From the NCBI GenBank assembly GCA_030390025.1, contig JASTWF010000048.1, positions 496,001 through 560,000 on the forward strand: a DNA stretch of 64,000 nucleotides. Direction: 5' to 3'. This stretch comes from Squalus acanthias (lineage: Eukaryota). The position numbers and the translations under genes were made by a program. Below the pieces are notes generated by a model. It was not told where the DNA came from and searched no databases. It was given only the letters and a program-made list of their open reading frames with translations. Below are positions 47,540 to 59,373 of this stretch, in pieces. The number at the start of each line of letters is the position of its first letter. Positions within the stretch are counted from its first letter, which is position 1.

Positions 47540-49055
47540 ACTTGCATTTCTATTGCACTGTTCACGACGACAGCACGTCCGAAAGCGCATTACGGCCAAA
47601 GAAATACATTTGAAGTATAGTCTGTTGTAACGTAGGACACTTTGCAGACAATTTTTGCACAGCAAGCTCCCACTAACAGCAATAAGATACATGATTAGTC
47701 AATCTTTTCAGTGATGTTGGTTGAGGATATATATTGGCCCACGAAATCGGGGAGAATGCCACTGCACATCTTCCAATAGTGTCAGTGGGCAGACGGGGCC
47801 TTGTTTTACATCTCTTTCGATAGAAGGCACCACCGACAGTACAGCGCTCCCTCAGTACTACCCATCTGACAGTGCATGCACACTCAATACTGCGCCACCG
47901 ACAGTGCAACGCTCCCTCAGAACTGCCCCTCCGACAGTACAGCGTTCCCTTAGTACTGCCCTTCTGAGAGCGCAGCACTCCCTCAGTACTGACTTCTGAC
48001 AGTGCTACGCTCGCTCAGACTGCCCCTCCGACATTGCAACACTCCCTCAGTACTGCGTCTCCGACAGTGAAACGTTCACTCAGTATTGCCTCTTCGAAAA
48101 TGCAGCAGTCCCTCAGTACTGCCTCTCCGAGAGTGCAGTGCTCCCTCAGTACTGCCCCTCTGAAAGTGCGGCGGTACCTCATTACTACCCCTCCAACAGT
48201 GCAGCCCTCCATCAGTACTGCCTCTCCGACAGTGCAGCACTCCCTCAGTACTGCCTCTGCGACAGTGCAACGCTCCATCTGTATTGCCCCTTCCACAATG
48301 CAGCACTTCCTCAGGACTGCCCCTCCGACAGTGCAACGCTCCCTCAGTACTGGGCCTCCGAGAGCGCAGCCCTACCTCATTACTGCCCTTCCAACAGTGC
48401 AGCCCTCCCTCAGTACTGCCTCTCCGACAATGCAGTGCTCCCTCAGTACTGCAGCTCCGAGAGTGCAACACTCCCGCAGTACTGCCACTCCGACAGTGCA
48501 ACGATCCCTACAGTACTGCCCCTCCGACAGTGCAAAACTCCCTCAATACTTCCCCTGCGACAGTGCAGCGCTCCCTCAGTCCTGCTCCTCTGACAGTGAA
48601 GCGCTCCCACATTACTGGCCCTCTGACAGTGCAGATCTCCCTCAGTACTGTCCCTCTGACATTGCAGCCACACTTCAGCACAGCCCCTCTGACAGTGCAG
48701 CACATCCTCAGTACTGCCCCTCCGAGAGTGCCGTGCTCCCTCAGTACTGCCCCTCCGACAGTGCAACGCTACCTCAATAATGCCCCTCCGATAGTGTAAT
48801 GCTCCCTCAGTACTTCCCCTGTGACAATGCAGCGCTCCCTCAGTACAGACCGTCTGACAGTGCAGCGCTTCCTCAGTACTGCCCCTCTGACAGTGCAGAG
48901 CTCCCTCAGTACTGCCTTTCAGACAGTGCAGAGCTCATTCAGTACGGGTGCGTGCAGTGTCGTCTTGAGTTATGAGCTTGTGTCTCTTATGTGGGGCTCG
49001 AACCCCCAGCCTTCTGATTCAGTGTCGACAGCACTATCTGAGCCACGGCTGACAC
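47540..49055 (-). mobile_element. SacSINE1-like SINE with 33-bp array; paralog of 1530-3077
   Basis: Same flanks and same repeat unit. Confidence 0.75.
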
Positions 49056-49138
49056 GTGACTTCAGTATATGACGCTTCAAATATAATCCGACACTCCGGC
49101 GGAGGAAGGACCATTCTGTCCTTGTACCGGAACTAAAC

Positions 49139-49187
49139 ATGCTTCGTGAAGTGTCTTATTTAATCTTGTCGATTGCTTTAATTTCTG
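49139..49187 (+). CDS. TRBV: Leader exon of V11
   Basis: MLREVSYLILSIALIS(G) followed by GTAAGT at 49188. Confidence 0.9.
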
Positions 49188-49396
49188 GTAAGTTTAAACA
49201 ATGCGCCAATCCACTAGCAGGAGTGTCGGTAAACAGAGGACACAGTATGAATGTGACTGAGGAAAGAGCTTGGGTGGTAGTGGGACTAATGGATAGCACT
49301 TTGAAAGAGCCGGTACAGGCAATATGGACAGAATGGCATTCTTCTGTACTGTATCATTCTAACAAAACAAATCTGACTCTTTCCTCCATTTGACAG

Positions 49397-49690
49397 AAGT
49401 GTCTGCTTCGTTCGTTGACCAGTCGCCGCAAACTGTGTCCGTTGGCTCAGGAAAATCGGTCGTAATGAGATGTATCCTGAGGAACACTAACTATCGCAAC
49501 ATGTACTGGTACCAACAAGGGACAAGCCGGGAACTCGTTGCTCTATTCCGTTCAGCTGGGACCGGCCACGTTTCAAATTACACCTCCGGACCGTTTAAAT
49601 CCCAGAGACCCAGCGACACCGAGTTTATTCTGGAACTCACCGGAGCCTCTCAGTCGGACACCGCCGTCTACTTCTGCGCGAGCAGTGATG
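49397..49690 (+). CDS. TRBV: TCR beta V exon (V11), apparently functional; paralog of V2
   Basis: AG at 49395-49396. Frame MRC...NMYWYQQ...VYFCASSD. Confidence 0.92.
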
Positions 49691-49729
49691 CACGGCGTGT
49701 GAAAACACCACCTCTCTGTGACAAAAACT
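49691..49729 (+). other. 23-RSS of V11
   Basis: CACGGCG + 23 bp + ACAAAAACT. Confidence 0.9.
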
Positions 49730-50760
49730 CCCTGAACCAGAACCAGAGGAATGCGATGGTTTCAACCGCCAGATGGTGGCGCTGTGGCCCGTCGAAACCC
49801 GCGAACACCCCGAAGGTACCCTTCCGAACGTTCATTCATTCCCCGCAGATCGGGATGTTTCCCATTTGATCCACTAGATGCTAACTTCATGTAAACATTG
49901 TGAGAATCTGGACGTTTTTAGTTGGAGAAACCACTTCTGGTCTAACTTCCAATATTTCCATTGTAGCCGAGAATTGATCGATATTTAAAAAAAAAGTTAG
50001 CTTTCATTTTGCTTGTAACATTGCTTTCCTTTCTCTCTTTCTTGCTTCTGCCTCTCTCTCTATCCATCTCTCTTCCGCTCTTGCTCTCTTTATCTCTGCC
50101 GTGTCTCTCTGTCTGTATTTCTCTCTTTCTCTCATTATCTCTCTGTTTCCCTCTATCTTGTCTCTCCAGCTGTTTTGTTCAGTCTGTCTCTCTCACTGAC
50201 TCATTGTCTCTCTGTCGCTCTCATTTTTTCTACCTCCATTTCTGTGTGTCTCGTCTCTCTTTCGCTCATTCTCTCTCTGTGTTTCTATGTATGTTTATCG
50301 CCGTGTATGTCTTTCTGTCTCCCTCTGTCTTTCTCTCCCTGCCTGTCTCTCTGCCTCTCTCACACTCTCTCTCACATTCTCTCCCTTTCTCTACCTCATT
50401 TCACAATTCATTCTGAACCTCGATCTCTACACGTTAGCAGCGGTTTTATTACCGTCTCTAGAACCTTACATTAATTTGTTTCCTTCTAAGATCTTTCAGA
50501 TCCAGATTCAGCTAGCTTTTATTTGCCGGTTTCACTTTTTAGTTTGACGCCATTATAATTTTATCAGTTCAATAAATCCGACGTATAATTGTACTTAACC
50601 TGTTGAGTAAATATAAGAATGAAGTTCGCACCGCAATTGGTGGAAAGTAATTTGTTACTTTCCTTTACTCTCTCTTCTGCTCCTGCCTCAGTCCCTTTCA
50701 TATTCCCTGCCACCCTCTATTGTCCTCTCACGATCGATCTGCCTTAATGTTTTTAAAATG

Positions 50761-51056
50761 TTCGTTCCCAACGACTCTCGTCCAGAGCCCGTGGGCCACC
50801 GTCCAGGTTCCAGGGGAGGAAGCCGTGTTCTACTGCGGCATCAGGCAGGGCAATCTGAGTAACTATTGTTTGGCCTGGTACGTGCAGATCGTTGACCGCC
50901 TTGATTGGATCAGATCACTTGTACTTCCTGCATTTAACTACAGAAAAAGCTACTGAAGTCTATTATGAGCCTAAAAATAACACTTTCACTCTTTCCCTGA
51001 AAAACACCCTGGTCAGGAACAGCGGAATATATTACTGTGGGGCCAGCGAGGATGCG
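50761..51056 (+). pseudogene. TRBV: TCR V pseudogene (V12); paralog of V3
   Basis: Splice acceptor deleted relative to V3, same frameshift, heptamer TACAGTG (51057-51063), same LINE insertion (51066-51644). Confidence 0.85.
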
Positions 51057-53139
51057 TACAGTGTTCTGCGCCGAGTGTCTCACCTCCTGACTCCCCAAAG
51101 CCTTTCCACCATCTACAAGGCCCAAGTAAGGATTGCGATGGAATACTCTCCACTTGTCTGGATGAGTGCAGCTGCAACAACACTGAAAAAGCTCGACACC
51201 GTTCCAGGACAAAGCAGCCTGCTTGACTGGCACCCATTCCACCACCTTAAAATTCACTCCCTCCACTACAGTGGCTGCAGTATGTCGCATCTGCAAGATG
51301 CACAGCACCAACTCGCCGAGGCTTCTTCGTCAGCACCTCCCAAACCAGCGACCTCTACCTCCTAGAAGGAGAACTGCAGCCGGCGCATATTTATACCACC
51401 ACCTCCAAGTTCCCCTCCAAGTCACACAGCTTCCTGACTTAGAATTATATCGCAGATCCTTCATCTTCGCTGGGTCAAGATCCTGGAACTCCCTCCCTAA
51501 CAGAACTGCGCGAGTACCTTCAGCACACGGACTGCAGCGGTTCAAGAAGGGGGAACACCACCACCTTTTCAAGGGTAATTGGGGAGGGACAATAAACGCT
51601 GCCCTTGCCAGCGATGCCCACATCCCAGAAACGAATTTTTAAAAAGTGTTATAAGAATTCAGGGGATCTACGCGAAAACTCTACATCGTATAAAGTCCCA
51701 TTCCCCCCAACTCCTCTGTGCTCGCCGATATACTTTGGCTCCGAGTTGAGCAACGCTTCCATTTTAAAATTCTCATCCTCGTTTTCCAATCCCTGCCACC
51801 CTATCTGTGTAATCTTCTCCAACTCCACAACCCTCCGAGATATCTGCACTCCTCCTACCCGGACCTCTTTTGCATCCACGATTTCCATCTCTCCATCATT
51901 GGCGGCCGTGACTTCAGCTGGCTAAACCATAATCTATGAAATTCTCTTATCCCTAAACCTCTCTCTCCTCCTTTAAGGCACTCGTTAAATCCTACCTATT
52001 CGACCAAGTTTTATGTCACCTGCTCTAATCTATCCTTATGTGTTTCGCTGTCAGATTTTGTCTGATAACTGTGTAGTTGGTTGTGTTAGTTGGTTTTACT
52101 ACATTAACGGCGCTATATAAATGAAAATTGTTTTTGTTGAAAAGTCATCTCCACAAGCGTCAATAGGAAAGAACAATAACCAATAAAATTACAGAGCAAG
52201 TTTGTCTAATCAATGCTGATTACTCGAGAGTTGTTCTGTGATTGATTGATAGCCATCCACCCTGAAGTTTACATCCAAAATACAGAGGAGAATTCGCCTC
52301 ATCAGTCCATCTGGAGTAGCATGCATTTCTCTCGGAATTAGAATCAACAAACTTATAATTTACTGCACATTCTTCCATTTTCAATCTATTTTCTTGCCTA
52401 TTGCAATGCAATTGACACCGTGTACGTTCCTACTAACTGATATATTAGTCTTAAGTATCAACACTGCAGAAAATTGAGTGGAATATCCTGGAAATGCAGC
52501 AGTGCTTCTCCCGATCACACACCCTTTTCTCGAGGAAAGGGGTTTCGCTGTTTAATCAAAGCATCAGATTAATGCTAATTATATCGGTTCTCATGCCAGT
52601 AATAAAATAATTTGTTGTTTCATTAATGGCGAAAGAAAGTAGAAGCAAGTCTAGACGTCTATGCACTTACAAGTAGGCTATCCATCGGGGACTACGAACT
52701 CACTAACCAATCCAGGGGAGTTCTCAGCGCAGAATACCAAAGTATTGATGAAAACAATAGAGATTTATGCACCTTAAAGACAGATGCGAAGCAGTCAGAT
52801 TACTTGTCCTGAACCTATCAATTTCGCGATTACTGTCATGTGATCCTTAAGTTTCATATGCTACCACGCTAGTAGATGGCGATGTTGCACCACGTCTATT
52901 CCAGTCTCAATGGATATTCAGTAGAAGATGAGATAATTTAGGAAAATGCTATAAATATAAAATTTGACCAGGTAACTAACAGTTCAAATGTAAACATGCT
53001 CTCTCCAAACTAGGCTATAATTCTTTGCACAAATATATTGATTCTTCTTTAGTGTCAAACGCGATGCATCCTGCTTGCTTAGCTTTGGACTGTGGAACCG
53101 TAAAGTCCTAATCTAATCCTTCTGTTAGCCTCTATCACA

Positions 53140-54390
53140 ATACCTTGAGTATTGTGTGCAGTGTTGTTCGACTTATCTGAGGAAGGATGTTCTTGCCATG
53201 GAGAGTGTGCAGCGAAGATTCACCAGACTGATACCTGGGATGCCAGGAATGACGTACGAGGAGAGATTGTCTCGATTGGGCTTATACTCGCTGGAGTTTA
53301 GAAGAATCAGAGGAGATCTCATTGAAAATTATAAAATTCTAACAGGGCTAGACAGACTGGATGCAGGAAGGATGTTCCCGATGGCGGGTGAGTCCAGAAC
53401 AAGAGGCCACAGTCTAAAGATAAGGGGTAAGTCATTTAGCACAGAGATAAGGAGGTATTTCTTCACCCAGAGAGTGGAAACCTGTGGAATTCTCTACCAC
53501 AGAAGGCAGTTGAGGCCAAGTCAACAGAAGGCAGTTGAGGCCAAGTCAGTAAATATATTCAAGAAGGAGTTAGATATATTTATTCAGGCTAAAGGTATCA
53601 AGGGATATGGGGAGAAGGCAGGGACAGGGTACTGAGTTTGGATGATCAGCCATGATCTCATCGAATGGCAGAGCAGGCTCGAGGGGCCAAATGGCATACT
53701 CTTGATCCTATCTTCTATGTTTCTATGTAATTAGGAAAGCTAATAGAATGTTATCGTTCATTGCGAGGGTAATTGAATACAAAAGTAGGGAGGTTATGCT
53801 TCAGATATACAGGGCACTGGTGAGACCACATCTGGAGTACTGTGTACAGTATCGGTCTCCTTATTTGAGGAAGGATGTAAATTGGTTGCAAGCATTTCAG
53901 TGAAGGTTTACTAGACTAACACTTGGAATGGACGGGTTGTCTTATGAGGAAAGTTTGAACAGGCTAGGCTTCTATCCGCTGGAGTTTAGAAGAGTAAGAG
54001 GTTACTTGATTGAAACATATAAGATCCTGAATAGTCTGGACAGGGTGGATGTGGAGAGGATGCTTCCTCTTGTTGGAGAATCTGGAACTAGGGGTCACCG
54101 TTTAAAAATAAGGAGTCGCCCACATAAGACAGAGATGAGGAGAATTTTTTTTCTCACAGAGGGTCGTGACCCTTTGGAACTCTCTTCCTCAGAAGGCGGT
54201 GGAAGCAGAGTCTTTGAATATTTTTAAGGCAGAGGTAGATAGATTCTTGTTAAGCAAGGGGGTGAAAGGTTATCGGGGGTAGGCGGGAAAATGGAGTAAT
54301 CGGATCAGCCATGATCTTACTAAATGGCAGAGCAGGCTCGAGGGGCCAAGTGGCCCACTTCTGCTCCTAATTCGGATGTTCGTACGTATG
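53140..54390 (+). mobile_element. Two tandem CR1 3' fragments
   Basis: ORFs 53156-53635 and 53928-54227 (GLYSLEFRR.RGDLIE), each with its own tail. The first is absent from the paralogous copy at ~7720. Confidence 0.85.
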
Positions 54391-55868
54391 TTTGGATAAA
54401 TGCTCATATTACAAAGATATTAATATTGACGCCAGTATTGTGAAGCATTTTTTACCGTTATGTTAAATGCTAAATACCTGCTAAATAATATAAATTTAAA
54501 GGGGGTGCACGGAGAGAGAGACCTGGAAGTGTTTTTGGACTAATCTTTGAAGGAGACACGACAGAACATGACACATAACCAAGCAGTTAATAAAACAGAT
54601 GGTATCCTGGGCTTTATAAATAGAGTCATACAGTACAAAAGCCACCAAGTTATGCTAACCCCATATAAAACAATAGCTCGGACACATGTGGAGAATTATG
54701 CCCAATTCTGGGCACAACACTTTAGGAAAAACGTGAATACTTTGGAGAGGGCACAGAAGAGATTGAGAAGAATGGTTCCAGGGATACGGTTACGTGGATA
54801 GACTGGGCACGCTGGTGTTGTTCCCCTTAGAGCAAAGAAGGCCGGGAGGAGGTTTGACAGAGGTTTTTAAAATTATCAAGAATTTTAGAAGTGTAAATAG
54901 GGAGACATTGTTTCCAATGGCTGAAGGGTAGATAACCAGAGGGCGCAGATCTAAGGTGATTGGCCAAACAACCAGAGGCGACATGAGGAATATCTTTTTT
55001 ACACAACGAGTGCTTAGTATTTAGAATACACTGCCTGATTGGGTGGTGGATAAAGATTCAGTGGTAGCTTTCGAAAGGGAGTTGGATAAATCCTTGTAGG
55101 AGGAAAAATTGCAAGGTTACGGGGAAAGCACGGGGGAGTGCCCTTCGTGTGAATCGGCGCATACTCAATATTATGAACGTTGTCCTCCTGCACTGTACTA
55201 TTCTAATACTCTGTGATGTTATACACTCTCCTGCTCGTTCCTCTCGCGTTCAGGTTATGGCGGGAAAGGGTGGTCTATCTTCAAGGCCATCATAGTATGA
55301 GATCGGAGCGGGCTAAATGCAACAGAAAGAATGGAAGGGACAGAACGAAGGAAAGACCGATGAAAAGCAGACATAATGAAACGTCAAATAGAAAGAAGGA
55401 AGCAAAGAAGGAAAGAAAGAAAGAAGGAATGCAAAGTGGGAAAGAAAGAAGGCAAGACAAGTCAGTAAGAAGGAGTGATTTCATAACCCAGCCCATTTCC
55501 CTAGTATTACCAAACATAAATGTTTCAGGTCTATGCGGAAAGAGCAGGGGAGTGGGACTAATTGGACAGCTCTTTCAAAGACCCTGCACAGGCACGATGG
55601 GCCGAATGGTCTCCTTCTGCGCTGTAAGATGCTACGATTTGACGCTACGGTCTTCCACCTACGTACACAATTTGGCAGAAACAATGCTATCAAAGGAAAT
55701 GCTTCTCATTTGTTCATATCTTTGTCATGGGTGGTCCAAGCAGACGATTGGCTGGTCAGTCCTCCCGCGTAATTCATCACCACCGGTGGCAGCACCGTTG
55801 AGGAGAGCAATTGTACAGCTGACACGTTGTCGCTAAGTAACGCTGCCTGTCATCCCCGGGGAAGGGCG

Positions 55869-55932
55869 ATGTGTTTCTCAGCGAGAATGTTCTTAATATT
55901 GGTCACCGTATCACTCGGACATTTGATCTGTT
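55869..55932 (+). CDS. TRBV: Leader exon of V13
   Basis: MCFSARMFLILVTVSLGHLIC + T, then GTAAGT at 55933. An alternative ATG lies at 55887. Confidence 0.82.
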
Positions 55933-56209
55933 GTAAGTACTATGCATTGACATATCAATTGCAAACAGTAAATGAAAGAAATTGCAAGTGGAAGTAGATT
56001 CAGTAATAACTTTCAAAATGGAATTGGATCAATACTTGAGTGCTGGGGTGGGTGGGGGTATTTGAAGGGCTGCAGGGAAGTGGGAATAACTGGAGAGCTC
56101 TTTCAAAGAGGCGGAATGGTCTGCTTCTGTGCAGTAAGATTCGACGATTTTATGCTACAATTTTCCTTCTATGATTCTAACATATTGTCTTTGTTCAAAC
56201 CTAATCCAG

Positions 56210-56506
56210 GGGTTCGGGCTGCACCCACTGTGGTCCAGTCTCCAGCCGCGGCCGCTATTCTACCGGGAAAGCCGCTCACTTTCATGTGCAGTTTGGAGGG
56301 AGCGAGCATGGGCAGCTATACCATGCACTGGTACAGGCAACATGGAGAGACAATACAGTGGATTTGCAATGAGAACGGCAGCTATGGGCCCAGTTTCGTG
56401 AAGCGATTCAAAGTGCACCTCGACGCAGAAAACAACCAGTTCACTCTGCAGCTGGAAGGCTCCGTGCTGACAGACTCTGCGACCTATTACTGTGCGGCGT
56501 ATTTCG
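56210..56506 (+). CDS. TRBV: TCR beta V exon (V13), apparently functional
   Basis: AG at 56208-56209. Frame VVQSP...MCSLEGASMGSYTMHWYRQ...NNQFTLQL...DSATYYCAA, resembling the fish 'SMSSYTM' TRBV family. Confidence 0.88.
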
Positions 56507-56545
56507 CACAGCGATACAAAACTGCCGCAGACTGATGCAAAAACC
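56507..56545 (+). other. 23-RSS of V13
   Basis: CACAGCG + 23 bp + GCAAAAACC. Confidence 0.93.
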
Positions 56546-56619
56546 TTCTCACCTCCCAGCGTGCGCTCTCGCCACCTGTGATCGAGCACCCTCAAGGCAG
56601 CTCTCTGATGGAGCGAAAT

Positions 56620-57270
56620 CATATGCATTTCTACGGCGCCTTTCACGACCTCTGGGCGACCCAAAACGCTTTACAACCATCGAAGTACGTTCTTTGTTGT
56701 GTGCTCGCCGTTGTAATGCAGGAAACTCTGCAGCCAATCTTTGCACTGGAAGCTGCCACAAACAGCAATGTGATAAAGACCAGATATCGATTTTGTGATA
56801 TTAGTTGAGCGATAATTATTAGCCTGTACTTCCCCTCCGGCAGTGTCAGCACACACTCAGTACTTCCACTCCGACAGTGTGGCGCTCCCTCTGTTCTGCC
56901 CCTCCGACATTGAAGCGCTCCCTCAGTACTGCACCTCCCACAGTGCAGCGTTCCCTAAGTACCGCCCCTTGACAGTGCAGCACGTCCGCAGTACTGACCC
57001 TCTGACAGTGCAGCACTCCCTCAATACTGCTCCTCCGATAATTCAGCGCTCCCTCAGTACTGCCCCTTCGACAGTGCAGCGCCCCGTCTGCACAGTCCCT
57101 CCGACAGTGCAGCGCTCCCTCAGTACTGCCCTCCGACAATGCGGCGCTACCTCAGTACTGCACTGGGAGTATCAGCCCAGATATTTGTTCTTAAGTGTCT
57201 GGAGTGGGCCTCGAACCAACGACCCTCTGACTCAGGGACGAGAGAGCTACCAAATAAGCCACGAGTCACA
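56620..57270 (-). mobile_element. SacSINE1-like SINE with a short 33-bp array
   Basis: Tail, Deu body, repeat units at ~56850-57165 and a tRNA-like head. Confidence 0.7.
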
Positions 57271-58624
57271 CAACTTGCACCAGTCCAACTTACATTTTGG
57301 GATAGAGTTGTGAAGTTCCATTGGCGGCTGTGCTTTCAGCTGGCTCAGAACTGAGCTCTGGAATTCCCTCGTTCAACATCTCCCACAATCTCTCCTCCTT
57401 TTAACCTACCTCTTTGATCAAGCTTTTAGACCCCTGTACTAATATGGTGCTCGGTGTCAAATTACGAACATACGAACAATGACGGCCAGATAAAGACCCT
57501 CTGGTCCATCGAGCCTGTCCCACACAAATGCGATCCCTTCCGTATCAGCATATATATACTCCACCCCACCCGAAATCGTGTGATCTCCTGGGAGAGGCAA
57601 AAGAAAAGCAGATTTAAAAACTCAGGGCAATTTGTGAAAAAAAATCTGGTAAATTTCTCTCCGGCCCAGCTAAGCAATCGAAACTAGTCCAGGAGCTCAC
57701 TCTGGCTCTCAATTCCCTTCAGTAACTACCTTCTGTAAGAGGTGATCTCTGCCCCAGCGAGAAACAGGTCCAGCTTGAAAGAATTCAGCGAAAGCACACG
57801 AGATGTCAGCCTGCTCCAGAAGTCCACTATTCTTTAGGAAAAGAATCAGCTACTGACATCTGCCCTAGATATAGCATGATGCAACTTATAATTATGACTG
57901 CTGGTCCTGCCTAACCTATTAATTGAAACAAACTCTCAACTGGAAAACAATTTATTCCCTTCATTATCTTATACACCTCAATCAGATCACCTGTAAGTCT
58001 ACGCATCTCTAAAGTATAGAGACCCAACTCTTATAGCCTATCTTGTGAACTAAGGTGCTTTAAACGGGGAATTGGTCGAGAGGATCACCGCTGCATCCAT
58101 TCCAAAGCCTCAATATCACCTACCATGTGAGGAGACGCAAACTGGACACAGTATTCCAAGTGAGTCCTGGCTAATGGATGAGTATGGCTCCTCTTATAAT
58201 CAATTCCGCTGTGGATACAGCACAATAGTCTATTTGCTCGAGCGATCGCTTCACGGCATTGCTCATGGAGTTTGATAATCGCTCCTGTGAAGCGCATTGG
58301 GACGTTTCACTACGTCAAAGGCGCTATATAGATGATTGTTGGTGTTGTTGTTGTTATAGACTAATTCTTATCTACCGACTATTTTGGATCCCGGCCCAAG
58401 ACGAATTTCGGTATGTTTTAACACAGCAGGAGAACACGCATGCACTAACTCACATTCTGTACGGCAGATATAACTTGAACGTGGCTGTGTCGTCTGGGAA
58501 ATGATGTCACTTCCGGGGGCTCGGTTTCAGGTGCGCACCAAGACGGCCGGTCAGTCAGAATCGGATGCACTCGATGTGAGAACACGATCATTACAGCAAT
58601 CAATCCGGCCACTTCGATCCAATT

Positions 58625-58670
58625 ATGCAAATAGATTTAATATTAATTATTTTTCCTCTTTTCCTGCCGG
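58625..58670 (+). CDS. TRBV: Leader exon of V14
   Basis: MQIDLILIIFPLFLP(G) followed by GTAATT at 58671. Decamer/Ets motif at 58500-58516. Confidence 0.88.
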
Positions 58671-59373
58671 GTAATTATCCTACGTGCAAATAACATTTTC
58701 TTTTAAAGCGATGTGTTCCATTAGACAGTCGATTTCACTAAATTAGCAACGTTCGATATGCGGTGGAGTGGGTACAAACTGGTGTTGGGCTATACCGCAT
58801 TACCGGAGTTGAATATCAGGCGCAAAGCGACTAACGGGCGGACCATACATTAGCGCTCGTTCTGCGCTATCGCCCAAGTCGAATTTCTAACCCACTGTTT
58901 AATATTTACGTTGTTAAATTATGAATTGTGGATCAATTGTTTATTTAGGAACACTATGGCAACAGGTTCAATAGAAATCAACTGCAAGTGTTGTTTTGCT
59001 GCGGATATTTGTATAATAACAACAGGTTTCATTTATATAGCGTCTTTATCATAGTAAAATGTACCATGGTGCTTCGCAGGAGAGTAAATCAGTCAAAATT
59101 TGATCCAAACCACATAAGGAGCTATTATGACAGGATAAAAAGTTACGTTTTAACTAGGCACTGAAAGGAGGAGAGAGCGGGAGAGCGTTGGAGATGTTTA
59201 AGGAGGGAATTCCAAAGCTTTGGGTCTCGGCCACTGGAGGAACGGCGGCCAATGGTGGGGCAAAGGGAGGAAGGGATGGACGAGAGGCCAGAATTGGAGG
59301 AGTTCAGCGCTCTCGAGGCTTGTAGGTCTTGAGGAGGTTACAAAGATAGGGAATGTGTGAAAGGCCACGGCGG

